DNA from: Eubacteriales bacterium
Lineage (GTDB): Bacteria > Bacillota > Clostridia > Oscillospirales > CAG-272
Assembly: GCA_045576055.1 (NCBI GenBank)
Contig: JAZNFR010000187.1
Coordinates: forward strand, 1-24,811
Direction of reading: 5' to 3'
Length of the DNA stretch: 24,811 bases
Shown here piece after piece: positions 17,901 to 24,811 of this stretch. The notes below the pieces were generated by a model that saw nothing but the letters and a program-made list of their open reading frames with translations, ran no database searches and had not been told where the DNA came from. A program made the translations under genes and the position numbers. The first letter of the stretch is position 1. Every line of letters begins with the position of its first letter.

Positions 17901-20174
17901 TCTACTGGTCTTATTACAGTTAACAAGAATGCTCCTATTGGCGAAACAGTAACATTCTATGCTATGGGTGCTGTTAAGAGTAATTCACTTACATTTACAA
18001 TAGGTGTTCCTGTTGAAGAAATCGTTATTGATACAATTAACTCCTCATCTACTATTGTTAAAGGCAACTCAGCTGCTCTCCTATTTGAAATAGGTCCTTC
18101 TGACGCAACCCAAACTACTGTAACATGGGAAATCACAGAGGGTAAGGAATTTGCTGAAATCAAGGGTAATAACCTTGTTGTAAATGCAAATGCTACAACA
18201 GGCGCTACAATTAAGGTAGTTGCTAAGGCTGGCGGAATAACAAGTAATGAGCTTACATTCACAGTTGGCGCAACTCAAGAAGAAATAAATGCTGTTAAAT
18301 ACATGCTTTCATTGAATGCAAACAACCTAACAATCGACAAATATGGTATGAAATCACCTGTTTTGATTGCTGAAGTAACAAACGCTAACTTTGAGACTGT
18401 TCTTGATGTTTCTATTGCATATGAAGTAGTTTCAGGTGGTGAATTCATTTCAATCACTCCTGACGGATTTAACTTCAGCTTCTCAGCACAAGGTCACGGT
18501 CAAGCAGTTATCAAGGTTTGGGTTGCTGGATATGAAAACACTGCTGAAACAGTTACAATTGATTCAATTGTTCCTCCAACATCAGTAGAGCTTACAGGTC
18601 CATTTGCTGAAAATCCAAAGCACGAATATTCATTCTCACTAATTGACCCAATCACAAAGGCTGAGGAATCACTTCCATTCGACGTACTACTAAAGGGAAC
18701 TGGTTCATTCTGCCAAGACGTTTTATACACATTCACAGATGAAAACGGTGTTTCCGGCGATTCTGTTGCTGTATATGCAGACGGAAAAATCACATTTAAG
18801 AAGACCGGAAAGATCAATCTTGAGGTACAATCAAATTCAGGAAGCTACACAGAGGCTCGCGTTCGTTACACCTTTGACATTAACGAGGGCTATAACGTAG
18901 AAACCTTTGAAGAATTCAGCTATGTTGTTGAACACACTAGTCATAAGGGCACACCTATTAATTTAGTTGTTCTTGATAGAGTTAAGGACTATGCTGGTTA
19001 TGATTATGGTTACGCACTTGTTCCATCAATCGCACTTGAGAACGCTCCCGCTGATCAAGAGCTCGCTCATTTACTTCGTTCTTACACAACTTACAACGGC
19101 AAGAGCATCAACATAAGAATTCAAGCTGTAAACTCCAGCTTATATGTAAATGGTAACAACACTATAATTGATGCATCTAAGGTTAAGGTATTCAACAAGC
19201 AAGAATACGATGCTTATGTTGAAGAATATGCTATTCCTGAATCTGATAGATTCTACAACTACTCTGCATTCTTATCAGTTGAGGCATGGCACAAGGACGG
19301 AATAGGAACAACCGACCCGAACGTTATTGGTCAGGATTACTTCATCAAGCTTTACGATATTGAGGTTAAGGGTAATGCGCCAATAGACTATAATCCAGCT
19401 GACCATGGTTATCCAGGCACTTCTGATAACCAAGCCTTCGTAGGTGCGTTTGGTGAAGGTATCAATATGGGTAGTCTTGCCTATAGTTGCCACTACTCAA
19501 TTGACGTTGACAACTTGACTGCTTCCGCATTCCATAATGGCTTGAAGTTCTCATCAATCGTTGGTAATGGTAATGTTTCTAACCTACATGTATACAACTG
19601 TTATTCAACTGGTATTGTTGCACGTTCAAGTATGCTAACCTTTGAAAACCTCGAAATTGGTCCTTGCGGCGCTACTGGTATAGAGCTTTCACAAGATGAC
19701 TATAACAAGGCAGGTTATAACGATAACGAAATTGCAAAGATTATCTTCAAGGGTAATGTTGAAGCATTAACTAACCTTAACAATGGTGAAACAAACTACT
19801 TTAAGAATTACTCAATCATGGGTGCTTCCGTTCCTCAAATAATCACTGGTAACACCCAACAGTACTCAGATAACCAAGTTTCACACTTCAGAAACGCAAA
19901 TGGTGAATTCATCTTCATTTGTCTATTGTTCAACAACTTCCAAACATTTGAATCAAACGGCACAATTGTTGAATATTCTGCATTTGAAGAGGGTGGCGGT
20001 ATTATAAATGCTGCAAATCTTCCAACAAGTGGAATAGACTACGAGCATCAGTTCATTATGATGGATATCTACGTTGACATCGCAGCACTTGGAGGAACTA
20101 CCAAGGTTGGTTCTGCCCTATTCTATAACCACTATTATGGAAAGGCTCCAGCAGCAACTGAAGTAGCTGAATAA
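14988..20174 (+). CDS. 1728-aa surface lipoprotein: lipobox, Ser/Thr linker, about 14 Ig-like repeats, C-terminal probable parallel beta-helix domain
   Basis: Lipobox LIAC (C25); linker TTDTSTNSSSDTETDSST; repeats ending F/I-T-V-G-x-P; head from residue about 1302 (YNVETFEEF...YVNGNNTIIDAS...NLHVYNCYSTGIV...ENLEIGPCGATGIEL); AAGGAG RBS. Confidence 0.85.
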   Translation: MKSTLRKISIFLLVLMLSTFCLIACGANNITTDTSTNSSSDTETDSSTAPIFYGLDLRADKTSALRQDKINLQAVLVYGETEEPLFEDVEYYIVEGEQHATLDGYVLTIKGTAAHNGIIKVQAREGATISNILEIKVSVPATDLTISANGVTNILAGQNQIIKAEITPQGAENNVVYTITEGAEYAAFDSNVLEVSSTAPTGATIKVKASIGELESNELTFTVGYPLESIVATLAPTNILAGGNAPISVTLTPSNSTNANYTWEFVEGGDYATIVNNIVTVNADAPTGAIVKFKAVCGDVESDVLSFIVGYPMKDIDVTFAATNIVAGFNAPISVTTTPSNTTSVYTWEFIEGGEYATIVNGMVTVNANAPTGTVVKFKAVCGEIESNVFTFTVGYPIESINATFTKPNIEAGDSASISVSTTPSNTTSVYTWEFIEGGEYATIENNIVTVNDNAPTGAVVKFRAVCGKISSKTFTFIVGYPLEALKVAFSATNIIAGESAPISVTLTPSNATNGDYTWEFIEGGDYASVINGMVTVNANAPTGTVVKFKAVAGNISSDELSFTVGYPLSSIIATLVGSSANMEPGTTAQLAAKLNPTNTTNGEYTWEIIEGNDFVTLTTANDATLITIKSETPIGSVVKIVAKSTDGMITSNVLTIEVGTPIESVVLSTDAPAILDRDGTYEFTVAVTPNNASMNALSWIVDEGAQYATFKNGVLHIAKNTPAGTKVTVHVESGEVKSDSFTFTVGIPLNTITLTLNATNVNPGSSCVINYALDPENASDQDVKWIIEKGGEYATLKNGILAVNADAPVGAKVTFYAQVVDVKSEPITITVGIPLEDIKIELNGNKNVNPGASAQIITEFFPTTATNQTITWKFVSGEEYASISGNFITVKEGTPVGTKIKFYAQIGEITSDPIEIIAGTPLESITIELGETNINPGASAQITTTFNPTNATNQTITWVVSDGKDYVSISSTGLITVNKNAPIGETVTFYAMGAVKSNSLTFTIGVPVEEIVIDTINSSSTIVKGNSAALLFEIGPSDATQTTVTWEITEGKEFAEIKGNNLVVNANATTGATIKVVAKAGGITSNELTFTVGATQEEINAVKYMLSLNANNLTIDKYGMKSPVLIAEVTNANFETVLDVSIAYEVVSGGEFISITPDGFNFSFSAQGHGQAVIKVWVAGYENTAETVTIDSIVPPTSVELTGPFAENPKHEYSFSLIDPITKAEESLPFDVLLKGTGSFCQDVLYTFTDENGVSGDSVAVYADGKITFKKTGKINLEVQSNSGSYTEARVRYTFDINEGYNVETFEEFSYVVEHTSHKGTPINLVVLDRVKDYAGYDYGYALVPSIALENAPADQELAHLLRSYTTYNGKSINIRIQAVNSSLYVNGNNTIIDASKVKVFNKQEYDAYVEEYAIPESDRFYNYSAFLSVEAWHKDGIGTTDPNVIGQDYFIKLYDIEVKGNAPIDYNPADHGYPGTSDNQAFVGAFGEGINMGSLAYSCHYSIDVDNLTASAFHNGLKFSSIVGNGNVSNLHVYNCYSTGIVARSSMLTFENLEIGPCGATGIELSQDDYNKAGYNDNEIAKIIFKGNVEALTNLNNGETNYFKNYSIMGASVPQIITGNTQQYSDNQVSHFRNANGEFIFICLLFNNFQTFESNGTIVEYSAFEEGGGIINAANLPTSGIDYEHQFIMMDIYVDIAALGGTTKVGSALFYNHYYGKAPAATEVAE
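15138..18275 (+). repeat. 12 tandem about 85-94-aa Ig-like repeats inside the large lipoprotein (two more divergent units follow to about 18890)
   Basis: Recurrent pattern P-x-N-x-T...YTWE-x-x-EG-x-x-YA...V-x-x-NAP-x-G...S-x-x-L-T-F-T-V-G-x-P. Confidence 0.9.
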
Positions 20175-20202
20175 TTTCACTATTCAACTCTTAATAAAAT
20201 GT

Positions 20203-20246
20203 GGCACGCACCATTTTGGCGCGTGCCCTTTTATTTATACTTTTTT
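20203..20246 (+). terminator. Intrinsic terminator of the five-gene operon
   Basis: GGCACGCACCA-ttt-TGGCGCGTGCC hairpin followed by CTTTTATTT and TTTTTT. Confidence 0.75.
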
Positions 20247-20247
20247 G

Positions 20248-20276
20248 TTGATAAACCGTCTTTTTTGTGTTATAAT
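20248..20276 (+). promoter_or_regulatory. sigmaA-type promoter for the HEPN/acetyltransferase pair
   Basis: TTGATA (20248-20253), 17 bp, TATAAT (20271-20276) with an extended -10 TG. Confidence 0.7.
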
Positions 20277-20314
20277 TAAAAAAATACTTACTTTAAATAC
20301 AAGGACGGGGAAAT

Positions 20315-20698
20315 ATGCTTGAAATAAACGTCAGATTTCAGGAGGAATATTTGCGTCTTGATGCTTTATGCCGTGAGTTCTTTTCCTCAAAGCGTGGTAT
20401 CAGCCTTTATATTGAGCATATGGAGGCAACCGAGCAAAGGGAATGGAAGAAAATCAGCGGTTGGGAAAGCGATTATAAGGCCTTAAGACATATGCGCCAT
20501 ATTAGGAACAAGCTAGCGCATGAGGTTGATGCCTTAAATAAGCGCCTGTGCAGTGAGCGTGAAATTTCTTGGATGAAGAATTTTTACAATAGAATAATGG
20601 ATGAAACAGACCCACTAACAAGGCTTTCAGATCTAAGAAACAGCTCTTTCTTCAAAAGACTTTGGCGTGGTATTAAAAGACTTTTCGGAGGCAAATGA
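20315..20698 (+). CDS. Small all-helical protein with a HEPN-type Rx4H motif (resembles DUF6548)
   Basis: FQEEYLRLDALC N-terminal helix, RHIRNKLAHE (R64-H69), basic amphipathic C-terminus. Confidence 0.65.
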   Translation: MLEINVRFQEEYLRLDALCREFFSSKRGISLYIEHMEATEQREWKKISGWESDYKALRHMRHIRNKLAHEVDALNKRLCSEREISWMKNFYNRIMDETDPLTRLSDLRNSSFFKRLWRGIKRLFGGK

Positions 20699-21309
20699 TG
20701 AAGGAAAACGAAAAGCTACACTCCGGCGATATTTATTATCCCAGTGGCGAGGAGATTATGAAGGAGCAGCTTGCCTGTCTTGACAAGCAATATGATTTTA
20801 ATTTAACACGCCCAACTGAGCTTGACAAACGCGAGAAAATGCTAAAGGAAATGTTTGCTGAGATTGGCAAGGGATGCTATATTGAGCCTCCTCTACACTC
20901 TAATTGGGGTGGCAACCATGTACACTTTGGCGATTTTGTTTATGCAAATTTTAATCTTACAATGGTTGACGACACGCATATTTATGTAGGGGACTACACC
21001 TTGATTGGTCCAAACGTCGTTTTGGCAACCGCAGGACACCCAATTTTGCCCGAGCTACGTGAAAAGGCGTATCAATTCAACATGCCTATTCACATCGGCA
21101 AAAACTGCTGGCTTGGTGCTGGTGTTATTGTCTTGCCTGGTGTTACAATCGGCGATAACTCTGTAATCGGTGCTGGCAGTGTTGTAACAAAGGATATTCC
21201 GTCTGGCGTTGTGGCAGTTGGAAACCCTTGCAAGGTTTTGCGTAAGATAAACGAGCACGACCGCGAATACTATTTTAAAGATAGAAAAATAGATTATAGT
21301 AAGCTATAA
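20695..21309 (+). CDS. Sugar O-acetyltransferase (Maa/LacA hexapeptide-repeat family)
   Basis: IEPPLHSNWG, NFNLTMVDD, IGPNVVLATAGHP, IGKNCWLGAGVIVLPGVTIGDNSVIGAGSVVTKDIP, GNPCKV; start is ATG 20695 or 20698. Confidence 0.92.
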   Translation: MMKENEKLHSGDIYYPSGEEIMKEQLACLDKQYDFNLTRPTELDKREKMLKEMFAEIGKGCYIEPPLHSNWGGNHVHFGDFVYANFNLTMVDDTHIYVGDYTLIGPNVVLATAGHPILPELREKAYQFNMPIHIGKNCWLGAGVIVLPGVTIGDNSVIGAGSVVTKDIPSGVVAVGNPCKVLRKINEHDREYYFKDRKIDYSKL

Positions 21310-21336
21310 AAAGAGATGGCATTATACCATCTCTTT
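21310..21336. terminator. Bidirectional intrinsic terminator
   Basis: AAAGAGATGG-cattata-CCATCTCTTT between convergent stops. Confidence 0.8.
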
Positions 21337-22182
21337 GTTTTTCTTTTTACGCTTTATTATTGTTATTGCACCAAAGGTAGCTAATCCGATTAACAAAGCT
21401 CCTCCAACGCTTGAGCCAACTATAATCCATATAAGCTGTGCTTGGCTTAGCTTATATTTATGACTACATATATCGCATTTGCCGTCCTTGTTACCATCAA
21501 TGTGATCGGCATCGTTAAATACACCATCACAGCCATCAATTGAACACGCTTGATAATGGAATTCATCTTCCACTATCCATTTTTCATCGACAACGTGGGC
21601 GCCAATCTCGCCATATACAGTGCCACACACCTGACATATCGCTCCACTTTGGCAGTTGGCAACCCCTCCAGTATGGGCAAGAGGTGCACCATATAGGACA
21701 CCACAGCGCACACAAGTGGCTTGCTTGGTGCAGGTAGCCTCTCCACCACCGTGTCCTAAAACATCGCCATATGGGACGTTACAGACCTCACAAATTGCTT
21801 GCTCCTGACATCCTGCCTGTCCACCTGTATGAGGCAACAAATCACCTTCCGTATAATCGCAGTTAAAACAGGTTTTTGGGTATGTGCAGCTTGCATTACT
21901 GAAAACGTGCTCTAGCGTCTCACCATAATAAGACTTACATTCTGAGCAAAGCGCCTTTTTTTGGCAGGTTGCAAAGGTCTCTGGCTTATGCCAGTCCTCC
22001 CTTAAAACCTCGCCACAGCAAGCGCGCACAATGTTATGCTTATAGGGATTATATTTATTATTTACGTACATTATTTCTCCTGTATGTCTGCAGGTGCTTG
22101 ATGCACTTACAGTCAAGGAAAATATAAAAGTCGAAAAAATAAGTATAAAAAATGCAATTAAAAGCTTATTTAATAATCTCAT
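21322..22182 (-). CDS. Single-pass surface protein made of Cys/His-rich repeats
   Basis: Signal peptide ending VSA, five 26-27-aa H-x6/7-C-x5-C-x2-C repeats, C-terminal TM plus KRKKKNK; start set at ATG 22182 after GGAG. Confidence 0.8.
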   Translation of the reverse strand: MRLLNKLLIAFFILIFSTFIFSLTVSASSTCRHTGEIMYVNNKYNPYKHNIVRACCGEVLREDWHKPETFATCQKKALCSECKSYYGETLEHVFSNASCTYPKTCFNCDYTEGDLLPHTGGQAGCQEQAICEVCNVPYGDVLGHGGGEATCTKQATCVRCGVLYGAPLAHTGGVANCQSGAICQVCGTVYGEIGAHVVDEKWIVEDEFHYQACSIDGCDGVFNDADHIDGNKDGKCDICSHKYKLSQAQLIWIIVGSSVGGALLIGLATFGAITIIKRKKKNKEMV

Positions 22183-22211
22183 TTGCTTCTCCAAATAAAT
22201 TTGATAAAAAT

Positions 22212-22240
22212 ATTATATCATATTTACTGTTTTTTTGCAA
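22212..22240 (-). promoter_or_regulatory. sigmaA-type promoter for the Cys/His-repeat gene
   Basis: Minus strand TTGCAA (22240-22235), 17 bp, TATAAT (22217-22212) with TG motif. Confidence 0.7.
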
Positions 22241-22242
22241 CA

Positions 22243-22269
22243 AAAAAGCCTACATAATGTAGGCTTTTT
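22243..22269 (-). terminator. Intrinsic terminator after plsY
   Basis: AAAAAGCCTACA-taa-TGTAGGCTTTTT perfect inverted repeat just past the plsY stop. Confidence 0.85.
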
Positions 22270-22272
22270 GTA

Positions 22273-22995
22273 TTATTCTTCGGTTTTTTCAGCTTCTGCC
22301 TTTGTTTCAACCGTTGCTCTTCCCTTTTTTCCAAAAAGATAGAATTTCTTTTCAGTACCGGTTAAGAGTCTTGCCACATTTTCGTGGTGACGCCAAACCA
22401 TTAAAAGAACGGATGCTGCATACAGGCATACTGTTGCTATTTCAACAGCGTTCCAAGCGCCCTCAAATGCCTCAATAGCTATAAGAAGTATAGGACATAA
22501 AAGCATTGAAACAATAGCTGAAAGTGACATATATTTTACTGTAAACAAAAGAACTAAGAATACACCAAGTGCAATAAGACCGATTCGCCAGTCCATAAAC
22601 CAAACAAGGGAAAGTGATACAAGGAAGCCCTTGCCACCCTTGAATTTGTAGTAAAGTGGATATGAATGTCCAATTACTGCAAAAAGTCCAGTCAAGGCAG
22701 CGCTGAATCTAAACGCCTCACCACTGAAATGAACCTCGTTATACCAGCCTGAAAAGAAGCTAAAGAGTGTTGCAAAGGTGCCTATTACTATTCCTGCCTT
22801 TAATAGGTCAAAAAGCAATACCCACCAAGCCCATTTGTGACCAAATGTTCTTTTAAAGTTGGTAAATCCAGCGTTTCCACTTCCACAGGTTCTTATGTCC
22901 TTTTTATAAACTAAATTAGAAATTATTATTGCTGGGTTTGCGCCACACACAAAATATGCACAGACAGCACCCATAATTAGTAAGAAAATATCCAA
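22273..22995 (-). CDS. plsY: Glycerol-3-phosphate acyltransferase (acyl-phosphate dependent)
   Basis: DIRTCGSGNAGFTN, FDLLKA, GHSYP...FKGGKG, RHHENVARLLTGTE. Confidence 0.88.
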   Translation of the reverse strand: MDIFLLIMGAVCAYFVCGANPAIIISNLVYKKDIRTCGSGNAGFTNFKRTFGHKWAWWVLLFDLLKAGIVIGTFATLFSFFSGWYNEVHFSGEAFRFSAALTGLFAVIGHSYPLYYKFKGGKGFLVSLSLVWFMDWRIGLIALGVFLVLLFTVKYMSLSAIVSMLLCPILLIAIEAFEGAWNAVEIATVCLYAASVLLMVWRHHENVARLLTGTEKKFYLFGKKGRATVETKAEAEKTEE

Positions 22996-23005
22996 ATTAT
23001 ACCTC

Positions 23006-24646
23006 TTATTCCGCTACTATTATATAGCTATATATCTGTTGTCCACCATTAATGAAATATACCTCTGCGCGAGGGTAGTTCTTTGATACATATCCTTCGA
23101 TTGCATCACATTCCTCGTCAGTTGAATCTTCACCTCTTATAACTATACAAATCTCATGCTCCTTGAGATTTAATTGGTCTATTGTTTTTAGTGTCGCATC
23201 TAAGCGATTCTTCGCACAGGACAAAATGTTTTTGCCCATAAAGCCGATATAATCGCCTATTTCTACTGTTATTTCATCAAACTCAGCATTTCTTACACAC
23301 TGAGAAATCTCAGCAGTTAAAACGCCGTCCATAGCCGATTCGCAAGCGTCTGCCATTTCGTCAATATCGCCACTTTCCATATCAAGCATAGAAAGTGCCG
23401 CATATCCGTCGCCTATCGTTTTGCTATTGATAACGCGAATCTCTGATTTTTTATAAAGGCTAGCAGCTGTTTGTGCCGCTAAAATGATATTAGAGTTGTT
23501 TGGGAAAACCAAAATCTTTTCAGCGTGTGCCTCGTCAAATGCCTTTATAAAGTCCTCAGTTGATGGGTTCATGCTTTGTCCACCATCGACAATAATGTTT
23601 GCACCCATTTCAAGGAACGCTTCCTTAATACCTTCTCCATTTGCAACCGCAACTATACCAAGAGGCGCAAGCTCCCTGTCAACGTGAGTAACAATTTCCT
23701 CATCATCTGCCATTGTGGTGTTGTTGTGTTGCAAGGACATATTTTCAATTTTTATCTTCAAAAATTCACCAAAGCCCTGACAAAAGGAAAGAACCTTATC
23801 TGGTGTCATTGTGTGAACGTGAATTTTTACAATTGTGCCATTTTTAACAGCAACAATAGAATCGCCTATTGTTTCAAGATATGAAATAATAGTTGAAACA
23901 TTAAAATTCTCTATATCTGTTTTTGCGTTTTGCAAACGAAGTAGAAGCTCTGTACAGTAGCCAAATTCCAAAACGCTATTTTCATCAAACGCATCGAGGT
24001 TAAGCTCCTCTACCTTTGCTTCTGTTTTTTTCTTTTCAAAGCTTTCGCCATCAAGTGCGCGCTTCATACCCTTAACTATATAAATCAAGCCAGCTCCACC
24101 AGAGTCAACGACACCAGCCTTTTTAAGAACTGGGAGCAAATCAGGTGTGTGAATCAATGATTCCTCTGCTGATTTTATAAAATAGTCGAAAAACTCTGCA
24201 GGGGTTTTAGCGCCCATATCAGCTGCCTTTTGTGTTGCTTCGCGCATAACCGTTAGAATTGTGCCCTCTGTCGGCTTGAAAACCGATTTATAAGCCGATT
24301 CTACGCCACTTTTAAAGGCGTTTACAAGATCTTCAACGTCTGCCTCGTGCACGCCCTCAAGTCCCTTTGCAATGCCCGCAAAGAACTGAGAAAGAATAAC
24401 ACCAGAGTTACCTCTTGCATTTAACAGCATAGCCTCAGCTATACGGGTTGATTCTTTTCCTAAATCAGGCTCACCATCGTCAACATTTGCGCCACCCTCA
24501 ATGGTTTGAAGCATATTTGTACCTGTATCGCCATCAGGTATTGGGAAAACGTTTAAATCATCAACCTCGTCTGAGTGTGAGCCAAGCACAGAAGCGCCGC
24601 CCGCAATCATTTGAGAGTATATTTGACCGTCAATTTTCTTTTCCAT
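23006..24646 (-). CDS. fakA: DAK2-domain fatty acid kinase catalytic subunit (FakA/YloV)
   Basis: LNVFPIPDGDTGTNM, ARGNSGVILSQ, GVVDSGGAGL, YCTE, KIHVHT, GGQSMNPSTEDF, LPNN-like FPNNSN, GGQQIYSY. Confidence 0.88.
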   Translation of the reverse strand: MEKKIDGQIYSQMIAGGASVLGSHSDEVDDLNVFPIPDGDTGTNMLQTIEGGANVDDGEPDLGKESTRIAEAMLLNARGNSGVILSQFFAGIAKGLEGVHEADVEDLVNAFKSGVESAYKSVFKPTEGTILTVMREATQKAADMGAKTPAEFFDYFIKSAEESLIHTPDLLPVLKKAGVVDSGGAGLIYIVKGMKRALDGESFEKKKTEAKVEELNLDAFDENSVLEFGYCTELLLRLQNAKTDIENFNVSTIISYLETIGDSIVAVKNGTIVKIHVHTMTPDKVLSFCQGFGEFLKIKIENMSLQHNNTTMADDEEIVTHVDRELAPLGIVAVANGEGIKEAFLEMGANIIVDGGQSMNPSTEDFIKAFDEAHAEKILVFPNNSNIILAAQTAASLYKKSEIRVINSKTIGDGYAALSMLDMESGDIDEMADACESAMDGVLTAEISQCVRNAEFDEITVEIGDYIGFMGKNILSCAKNRLDATLKTIDQLNLKEHEICIVIRGEDSTDEECDAIEGYVSKNYPRAEVYFINGGQQIYSYIIVAE

Positions 24647-24811
24647 TATTCTTCTCCAACTCTATATGTAACCTCTTTACCAAATGCGGCAAGAGCCATA
24701 GCATCAGGACCTATTGTACCACCGATAATTGGTCCTATGTAGCTTACGTAGATGTCCTTGCAAGGAATAGCAGCCTTGACCATAGCCTTAAGCTCCTCAA
24801 CCTCTTCGTTT
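24646..24811 (-). CDS. Partial CDS (C-terminus only): DegV/FakB family fatty-acid-binding protein
   Basis: Not in ORF track. Manual translation NEEVEELKAMVKAAIPCKDIYVSYIGPIIGGTIGPDAMALAAFGKEVTYRVGEE*; resembles the DegV C-terminal GP-x-IG-x-x-x-GP strand; TAATG overlap with the fakA start. Confidence 0.7.
   Translation of the reverse strand, partial: NEEVEELKAMVKAAIPCKDIYVSYIGPIIGGTIGPDAMALAAFGKEVTYRVGEE

Noticed and set aside
13974-20174. Solute-binding protein of an ABC importer
   Set aside because: The lipoprotein is built of Ig-like repeats and a beta-rich head rather than a periplasmic-binding fold, and the permease lacks an EAA motif and looks exporter-type.
21322-22182. Multiheme cytochrome c
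   Set aside because: The CxxC pairs are not followed directly by His, so there is no CxxCH motif.
1091-23884. The many short ORFs in the track that are antisense to, or nested in, long genes (e.g. 1091-1348, 5739-6227, 16754-17164, 17391-17852, 23576-23884)
   Set aside because: Shadow ORFs of well-supported genes, with no recognisable motifs or RBS.

Overview
24.8-kb chromosomal window from a low-GC Firmicute, with a Clostridia-like gene set and sigmaA-type promoters. Left part, minus strand: cysE, a DUF1934-like gene, holA, rnmV, a partial membrane-protein gene, and rmuC. Divergent from rmuC is rbfA-nrnA-truB followed by an ADP-ribosylglycohydrolase gene, without the usual infB and ribF neighbours. 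A tRNA-Ser(TGA) gene is followed by about 2.5 copies of a highly structured 189-bp unit; each copy carries a terminator hairpin and an inverted copy of the tRNA 3' end. The centre (10.1-20.2 kb) is a five-gene operon with one promoter and one terminator. It encodes an internally duplicated YwaF/TMEM164-like membrane protein, an ABC ATPase, an ABC exporter-type permease, a membrane-anchored Ig-domain protein, and a 1728-aa lipoprotein made of about 14 Ig-like repeats with a probable beta-helix head. This operon is the best candidate for an undescribed cell-envelope system. Right part: a small HEPN-motif protein coupled to a sugar O-acetyltransferase, a Cys/His-repeat surface protein, and degV(partial)-fakA-plsY with atypical motif residues. 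No integrase, transposase or CRISPR array was seen. All family assignments come from motif recognition by eye; no database search was run.
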